Shown here: positions 56,897 to 64,000 of the stretch, piece by piece
How the letters are laid out: the number at the start of each line of letters is the position of its first letter
How positions within the stretch are numbered: the stretch's first letter is position 1
Origin: an uncultured Acidobacteriota bacterium
GTDB lineage: Bacteria; Acidobacteriota; Polarisedimenticolia; J045
Reading direction: 5' to 3'
Assembly: GCA_963702425.1 (NCBI GenBank)
Contig: CAVPCQ010000021.1
Location: 1 to 64,000, forward strand
DNA: 64,000 nucleotides
The notes under the pieces: model-generated
The model's input: the letters and a program-made list of their open reading frames with translations, nothing else
Told to the model about the DNA's origin: nothing
Databases searched by the model: none
Program-made: the position numbers and the translations under genes

Positions 56897-59800
56897 TGCG
56901 CGACGCCCGTTCCGCGACTCCCGGTTCGCGCTGCCACGCGCCGCGATCGCCCTGCTCGCTGCGGCCATCCTGGCGGCCGCGGTGGCCCCGCCGCGTCCTC
57001 GCCCACCGCCTGCCGCTGCGCGTCTACACCGTCGCCGACGGCCTGGCGCGCGACAGCGTGCGCTGCATCGTCGAGGACTCGCGCGGCTTCCTCTGGTTCT
57101 GCACCGACGAGGGGCTGTCGCGCTTCGACGGGAGCGAGTTCCGCAACTACGACGAGAACGGACGGCCTGGCCGGCCCCTCGGTGCGCGCCGTGCTGGAGC
57201 AGGACGACGGGACCTACTGGGTGGGAACCAACGCCGGCCTGTTCCGCTTCGATCCGCGCCCGCGGCCCGGCCGGCCGCTGTTCGAGCGCGTCCCGCTGCC
57301 GACCGATCCGCCGCGCGCCGGTGCCCGGCGAGCCACCGCCCGACCGTTCGACCGAGGTCCTGGCGATCGTTCTCCACCGCGACCCCGCGGGCCGCCTGTG
57401 GGTCGGCTCGACGCGCGGCGCCGCGTATCTCGAGCGCGATGCGTCCGGCGCGTGGCGCGCGACGCCGGTCGCGTTCGTCGACGAGCGCGGCGCGCCGCTC
57501 GAGGTCGTCGTGCGCGGCTTCGCCGACGACGGGAACGGCGCGGTCTGGATCGGCACGCGCTGGTGGGGCGTGTTCCACGCGACCCCGCCGGGCGCCGGAG
57601 AGGCCGTCGACGAGCGCCCGTCTCGCCAAGCGCTGGATCACGCACGACGAGATGGGCGGCGACGTGCGCGCGCTGCTCCGCGACCGCGCCGGCCGCCTCT
57701 GGGCCGCCTCGGTCAGCGGCCTGATCGAGCTGCGTCCCGACGAGGCGACGGGGCGGCTGCGCCGCGGAGCGGTCTATGCCCGCGAGGACGGCCTGCCCGA
57801 CAGCTCGGTCCAGGCGCTGGTCGAGACGGCGGACGGGCGGCTGCTGCTCGCCACCGACGCCGGCGCCGCGATCGTCGAGCGCGCCGGCGAGCCGGGCGCG
57901 CGCGTCACCGCGATCGACCGCGCCGATGGCCTGCCGCCCGGGATCCAGGCCTCGGTCGCCGAGGACTCCGCCGGCAATCTCTGGGTCGGCTCGGCCGGCG
58001 CCGGGCTCGCGCGGATCGCGCCGCGCGGCCTCTCGACCTACGACGCCGCGGACGGCCTGGCGCTCGAGCGCAGCGTCGGGGCGCTGCTCGACGCCGACGG
58101 GCGGCCCTGCTTCGTCACGCGTTCGGCGGCCCTGCGCGTGATCGTGAGCTGCTTCGACGGCGAGCGGTTCGAGTCGGTGCAGGCGCCGTTCCCGCGCGGG
58201 GTCCTCGAACTGGGCTGGGGCGTCGTCCGCCCGGTGATCGCGACCGAGCGCGGCTGGTGGTTCGCGACGGAGCGCGGTGTCGCGCACTTCCCGGGCGACG
58301 GGCGGCTGCGCTCGCTCGCCGCATCGGGGCCGCCGCGGCTCCTCGGGATGGAGGACGGCCTGCCCGGCCGCGACGTCGTCGCGCTCTTCGAGGCGCGCGA
58401 CGGCACGATCTGGGCCTCGGCGGGGATCGAGACCCCCGGGGCGAGCACGCTCAACTACCTTCCCCCCGGCGCCAACCGCTTCGTCAACGTCCCCGCGCAG
58501 GAGGCGATCCCCGACGGCTTCGCGCTCGATTTCGCCGAGGACCGCGACGGCCGGCTCTGGGTCGCCTTCACCGGACGCCTGGTCCGCGGCCGGCAGGGTC
58601 GATTCGAGCAGGTGGCGGACGAGGAGGCCCTCGGCCTGCTCCCCGAGCTGCTGCACGCCGACTCCACGGGGCGCCTGTGGGTGCTGGGAACGGGCGGCGT
58701 CGTGCGCCTGGACGATCCGGCGGCGGAGAAGCCCGGCTGGACGCACCTCGGACCGGGCCAGGGGCTCGCCAGCATCGACGTCGGCTGCGCGACGACCGAC
58801 GCGCGCGGCCGCCTCGCGATCGGCACCGCGCGCGGCGTCGACATCCTCGATCCGGCGAGCGGCCGGCTCCGCCACCTCGGGCGCGACGACGGCCTGGCCG
58901 GCAACCAGGTCCGGCACTGCCTGACCGATCCGCAGGGGAACGTCTGGTTCGCCGTCGACGGCGCCGTGTCGCGGCTGCCGCCGGGAGACGATCCCCCGCC
59001 GCGGCCGCCGCGGCTCCTCGTCGGCGCGGTCCGCGTCGCCGGCTCACCGTGGCCGATCTCCGAGCTGGGCCAGCCGGTCGTCGACGAGGTCGTCCTGCGG
59101 CCGGGCCAGCGGCAGCTGGCGATCGACCTGATCGGCTTCGGCTCGGCGTCGGGCGGTCCGCCGCGCTTCCAGCACCGCCTGCTCGGCGTCCGGCGACGAC
59201 GCCTGGAGCGCGCCGCAGCGCGAACGGACCGTCTCGCTGGCCGGCCTCGCGCCCGGCCGCTACCGCTTCGAGGCGCGCGCCGTCGACGGCGCGCGGCAGG
59301 TCAGCGCGGAGACGGTCGCCGTCGCGCGTGCGCGTGCTCGCCCCGTTCTGGCAGCGGCCGTGGTTCTGGGCCGCGCTCGCGCTCGCCGGCCGCGGGCGCG
59401 CTGGCGCTGTGGTGTGCGCGCGCGGGCCCGCCGCGCGCTGCAGCTCGAGCGGCTGCGCACGCGGATCGCGATGGACCTGCACGACGAGCTGGGCTCGGGC
59501 CTGGGCGGGATCGGGATCATGTCGGCGCTGCTCGGCGAGGAGAGCCTGCCGGCCGACGAGCGGCACGGCCTCGCACAGCGCGTCGTCGCGACGGCGAACG
59601 AGCTGGGGTTCGCGCTGACCGACATCGTCTGGGCGCTGCGGCCCGGCAACACGCGCCTCGAGCGGCTGGCGTACTTCCTGGCCGAGCGCGGCGGGCGGCT
59701 GTTCGCGGGGGGCGGGGCGCGCTTCGAGACCGCTTTCCCGGAGCGCTTTCCGGACCTGGAGTTGACGCTGGCGGCCCAGCACGCGGTGCAGCGCGTCGGC

Positions 59801-60136
59801 CTCGAGGCGCTGCACAACGCGGCGAAGTACGCCGAGGCGTCGCGCGTGACGCTGTCGCTCGCGCCGGCGGCGGGCGGGCGCTGGACGCTGGCGGTCGAGG
59901 ACGACGGGGTCGGGATCGCCGCACCCGGGCTGCTCGCCGCGGCGGACGAGGACGACGCCGCGCCGCACGGCCACGGCCTGCCCGGGATGCGGCGTCGGGC
60001 CGCGGAGATCGGCGCGGAGCTGGCGATCGGGCCGGGCGCGGGCGGGCGCGGGACCCGCGTCGCGCTGACCTTCGACCCGGCGCGGCCGACCCGCATGATC
60101 ATGCGGTCGACCGGCCGGCCGCTGGAAGGAGAATGA
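56897..60136 (+). CDS. Sensor histidine kinase with periplasmic two-component beta-propeller and Y_Y_Y-like domain; several apparent frameshifts, start uncertain
   Basis: YTVADGL..EDSRGFLWFCT repeats; RIAMDLHDELGSGL H-box; EALHNAAKYA, VEDDGVG, GHGL. Confidence 0.8.
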
Positions 60137-60828
60137 CCGCCGTGAGCCTGCGCGTCGCGATCTTCGAGGACGATCCCGGCTACCGCGAGGGGCTGGCGGC
60201 GCTGCTGCGCTTCGCGCCCGGCTTCGAGCTGGTCGGCGTCTACGGGGCCGCCGCGTCCGCGGTCCGGGCGGCGGAGCAGGCCGCGGAGCGCGGCGAGCCG
60301 TGCCCGTGGGAACTGGTCCTCTCGGACATCGAGATGCCCGGGATGAGCGGGATCGAGGCCTGCCGCCGGCTCAAGGAGGCCTACCCCGGCCTGCCGGTGA
60401 TCGTGCTGACCGTCTTCGAGGAGCCGGCGACGATCCTCGACGCGATCCGGGCCGGCGCGGACGGCTACCTGCTCAAGCGCAGCACCGCGCCCGAGCTGCT
60501 GGCCGGGCTGCGCGCGATCGCGGGGGGCGGCTCGCCGCTGACGGCGGGCGTCGCGCGCTCGGTGCTGGAGCTGCTGCGGCAGGGCGAGGGCGGCGGCGCG
60601 ACGACCGGACCGGCATCGACCACCGCCCCGCAGCGCCTCGAGCTGGGCGAGCGCGAGCAGGAGGTCCTGCGCGGCCTGGTCCGCGGCGGGACCTACGCCC
60701 AGATCGCCGACGAGATGGGGATCAGCCTCGACACCGTCCGCGGCCACATCCGCTCGATCTACCGCAAGCTCCAGGTCAACAGCGCGAAGGCCGCGGTCTC
60801 GCGCGCGGTCCGCGAGCGGCTGGTCTGA
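60133..60828 (+). CDS. NarL/LuxR-family response regulator
   Basis: FEDD, LSDIEMPG, GADGYLLK, REQEVL..IADEMGISLDTVRGHIRSIYRKL. Confidence 0.93.
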   Translation: MTAVSLRVAIFEDDPGYREGLAALLRFAPGFELVGVYGAAASAVRAAEQAAERGEPCPWELVLSDIEMPGMSGIEACRRLKEAYPGLPVIVLTVFEEPATILDAIRAGADGYLLKRSTAPELLAGLRAIAGGGSPLTAGVARSVLELLRQGEGGGATTGPASTTAPQRLELGEREQEVLRGLVRGGTYAQIADEMGISLDTVRGHIRSIYRKLQVNSAKAAVSRAVRERLV

Positions 60829-60938
60829 GCAGGTCCCGCGCGGCCGGCTAACTGCCGCTTTCGCAGACCCGCATCTTCATGCCGGTGCCGCCGCGCTCCG
60901 CGACGGGACACTCCTCCCGTCTCGTGGAGGAGCCTCGG

Positions 60939-61491
60939 ATGCGCCCGGTCGTCGTTGCCGTCCTGCTCGCAGGTGCCGCTCTCGCCGGCGGTACCGGCCC
61001 TCGCCCAGCAAAGCGCCAGCTACAAGCTGACCGAGAGCGCCGTCAACGCCGGCGGCCGCCCCGTCAACGGCGCGGGCGCCTCGTCCGCCAGCTACCGCGT
61101 CAGCTTCGACGCGATCGGCGACGCGGTCGCCGGCGGGGCGCCGTCGAGTGCCTCGTACCGGCTGGGCTCGGGTTTCGTGTCCTGGTTCCCGCCCCCGGGT
61201 GAGGCCAAGGGGCTGCGCTTTTCCGACCGGACCACGCTGCGCTGGGACCCGGAGCCGTCGGTCGGCACCTACAACCTGTATCGCGACTTCGTCTCCGCCC
61301 TTGCCGGCGGCGGGACGGGCACCTGTTTCGTGAATGGTGTCTCCACCGAGCAGGCGTCCGACGCGGGGAGTCCCGGCGCCGGCAAGGGCTTCTTCTACCT
61401 CGTCACCGCGAAGAACCGGCTTGCCGAGGAAGGGACCAAGGGGAAACGCAGCAGCGGCACTGAGCGCCCGAACGCGGCGCCGTGCCCGTGA
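60939..61491 (+). CDS. Small secreted protein: SASY-repeat N-domain plus the shared C-terminal domain; apparent frameshift near 60985
   Basis: GGAGG RBS and ATG at 60939; signal peptide split across frames; SASY x3; ends FFYLVTAKN..GTERPNAAPCP. Confidence 0.75.
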
Positions 61492-61505
61492 GAGAGGACT
61501 CCGCC

Positions 61506-63621
61506 ATGAGGATCGCCCGCCCGCTCCGCACTTCGCCCGCCGCGCTCGCGGCGCTGCTGGTCGGCGCGCTGACCGCTCCCGCCGCGCGACGCCGCCGCTC
61601 CCCCGCCGCTCGTCAACTACCAGGGCGTGTTGCGCGACGCCGCGGACAAGCCGCGCAGCGGCTCGTTCGACATGGTCTTCCGGTTCTTCAGCGCGGCTTC
61701 GGCCGGGGACGAGATCCTGGTCGACTCGCGCCTCGCCGCGAACGCGCTGGCGGTGACGGTCGGCAACGGGCTGTTCAGCGTGCAGCTCGGGGGCGGCGTG
61801 GTCGGCGACGGCTCGGGACCGGGCACCTACACCTCGCTGGCCGACGTCTTCCGCGACTACGCCGCGGTCTGGCTGCAGCTCGAGGTCGGGCCGGCGGGCG
61901 GGGCGCGAGAGACGCTCAACCCGCGCGTGCGGATCGTCGCCGCGGCCTACGCGATGAACGCGAGCACGGCGCAGAGCGCGCTCGACGCCGCGAACCTGGG
62001 CGGGCGCGCGCCGTCGGCCTTCCTCGACACCTCGTCGACGTTCCAGACGAAGTCCGGCGGGCTGAAGGCGCAGGAGGCATCCACCAACACGGCGGGGATC
62101 TTCGCGAACTCCGGCTCCGGTGTGAGCCTGGCGACGGCCTTCTCCGGGTTGCTGGCGAGCGGTCCTGTCACGGGCGGCGAGTTCTACAACGACTCGAGCG
62201 GGAGCTTCGCCCTCCTGAGCAACGGCAACGACGGCGTCGTCGGCCGCGGCCAGTGGGGCGGCTGCGAGACCTGCGGCGCGGGAGGCGTCTTCTCGTCGGG
62301 GACACTCTACTCCGGCCAGGCGTCGCTCTCCGTCGGGGACACGGGGCTCGTCGCCTCGGGTGACTTCGCGGCCGGGATCTTCCGCGAGAGCGATTCCGGC
62401 GCGAGTGCTTACCTCGGCTACAACAGCACCGGCGTCGCCGGCTTCGCCGTCAATCCGGGCGAGAATCCCGCCTACTTCGAGGACTCGTCCTCCGGACTGA
62501 CCTGGGCCGCGGTCGGCCAGGCCGGCTTCAAGATCAAGGGGACCGGCGGCGTCAGCTTCGTGCAGAACCACCCGTTCGACCCGACGGCGGAGATCGTATA
62601 CACGGCGCCCGAGGGGGACGAGGCCGCCGTCTACACCCGCGGTTCGGCGCGGCTCGTGAACGGCGAGGCGCGCGTGCCGCTGGGCGAGACGTTCCGGCTG
62701 GTCGCCAACCCGGACATCGGGCTGACGGCGCACGTTACGCCGCGCGGCGCGTGGGCCGACCTCTACGTCGCCTCGGTGACGACGGAGGAACTGGTCGTCC
62801 GCAGCCGCGACGGCCAGACGCCCGACGCGGCGTTCGACTACGCTGTCTGGGGCCTGCGGATCGGCTTCGAGGAGCGCCCCGCGATCCGCCCTAAGGAGCG
62901 CAACGCGCCGCTCCCGAGCCGCGCCCCGGACGAGGCGCTCTTCGCGGCGCGCCCCGATCTGCGCGCGACGACTCCGCTGGCGCGGTTCGCGGCGATGCGA
63001 GACGACGGCGCGGTGGCCGGCGCGCGGCCGCTGGACCTCGACGCGCTCGCGTGCGCTCGCCGCGGCGATCGACGCGGCCTCGCCACCGGAGTTCGCGCCG
63101 GCCGCTCCGCGCGCGGGGCGCGTCACCACGGCCGACTCGCCGCCCGCGTCGACCGGGCGCGACCGCGGCGGGACCGGTGCCGCGATGAAGCCGGGCCCGA
63201 TGTCGCAACCCGGCCCCTCGAGCCCACCACGCTCCCCGCCTCCCTGCCCGGCGCGCTTCCCGCTCCGATCGCCGAGCGGGTCGAGGTCGGCGACGTCCTC
63301 GCCGCCGATCCGCTGCGCCCGGGGACGCTGGTCCGCTCCGGTGCGGGGCTCGAGGCCACCGTCGCCGGGATCGTCGCCGGCGCGCCAGGCTCCGTTTTCG
63401 ACGGTGAGGCGCCGCTGGCCTTCGCCGGCACGATCGTGTCCGTCAAGGCCGACGCGACCGCGCAGCCGATCGCCGCGGGCGACCTGCTCGTCGCGTCGCC
63501 GCTGCCGGGCCACGCGATGCGGGCCCCGGACGGTCCCGCCGCGGGAACCGTCGTGGCGAAGGCGCTCGAGTCGCTCCCCGCAGGGACCCGCATGATCCGC
63601 GCCCTCGTGATGTCGCGCTGA
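61506..63621 (+). CDS. Secreted fibre-like protein (NYQG N-domain, Gly-rich shaft, chaperone-like C-terminus); apparent frameshifts near 61590 and 63050-63180
   Basis: PPLVNYQGVLRD..MVFRFF; AAAYAMNA; VQNHPFDP..EGDEAAVYTRG; VKADAT..GDLLVAS..GHAM..AKALE. Confidence 0.7.
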
Positions 63622-63647
63622 CCAGGAACCGCCTCGGAGGAATTACG

Positions 63648-64000
63648 ATGCGTCCCACGATCTCTATCTCGCCGAAGCGCCTCGAACGAACGCTCCTCTT
63701 CGCCCTGTTCACTGTCGCGGCGCCGCTCGGACCGGCGGCCCTCGCCGGTGACGGCACCGTCACGGTCCGCGCCCTCGAGGCCCACATCGCGAAGGAGGGC
63801 AACGACGACATGTTCGGGCCGCAGCAGGACTTCTACGTCTGCAGCGACTTCGAGCAGCAGGGAATGCTGGTCACCAACCCGGAGATCGGCAACCACGACC
63901 ACGCGAGCTGGCCCAATCCCATCCCGCGGATCAAGGTCGTGCCGGGAAAGAATCAGCGGTTCTTCGACATCTACTTCGAGCTCTGGGACGACGACGACAC
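63648..64000 (+). CDS. Secreted hypothetical protein, 3' partial
   Basis: GGAGG RBS, ATG, signal peptide ending ALA; open to the window end (..ELWDDD). Confidence 0.7.
   Translation, partial: MRPTISISPKRLERTLLFALFTVAAPLGPAALAGDGTVTVRALEAHIAKEGNDDMFGPQQDFYVCSDFEQQGMLVTNPEIGNHDHASWPNPIPRIKVVPGKNQRFFDIYFELWDDDD

Noticed and set aside
56575-60828. 1417-aa kinase-regulator hybrid ORF
   Set aside because: Artefact of frameshifts; the regulator has its own RBS and ATG at 60133 and the kinase domain is in another frame.
53137-63200. Many frameshifts in the ATPase, kinase, adaptor and fibre genes as programmed recoding or decay
   Set aside because: Dense single-base indels with conserved motifs intact and no slippery sites point to low-quality consensus; needs read-level checking.
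61506-63621. Fibre-like gene as evidence of a prophage
   Set aside because: It has a Sec-type signal peptide, and no integrase, capsid, terminase or tail-assembly genes are nearby.

Overview
High-GC bacterial chromosome segment, probably Acidobacteriota (inferred from a VWFA-related protein and the style of the secreted proteins). It holds about 45 genes. I found no rRNA, tRNA, CRISPR array or transposase. In order: the end of a surface-polysaccharide cluster (flippase, two GT4, AsnB-type amidotransferase); DpsL-like ferritin and exported DsrE; an amino-acid permease; a minus-strand TonB locus (tandem-duplicated secreted protein, TPR-like protein, TonB-dependent receptor, DUF3450, large ExbB, ExbD, TonB, TPR) under an 11-bp-phased GTCAC (Pho-box-like) array; queG, glgA, EamA, feoAB; a Lys-C-like protease plus M14 carboxypeptidase pair; RsmF-like and 4Fe-4S proteins; FG-GAP protein; M28 peptidase; Zn/Mn ABC transporter; OsmC; a 9-heme secreted cytochrome; exported RidA; a PP2C-GntR-ABC operon; a propeller histidine kinase with response regulator; and a small adaptor-like gene followed by a fibre-like gene. 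The main signal is that five unrelated secreted proteins end in the same ~90-aa C-terminal domain (W..Y.[LV]YR..(C)..YLV[RT]AxNxxGE..CP), a candidate lineage-specific secretion or surface-sorting tag. Several single-base frameshifts look like sequencing errors. All family calls come from motif recognition by eye, not database searches.
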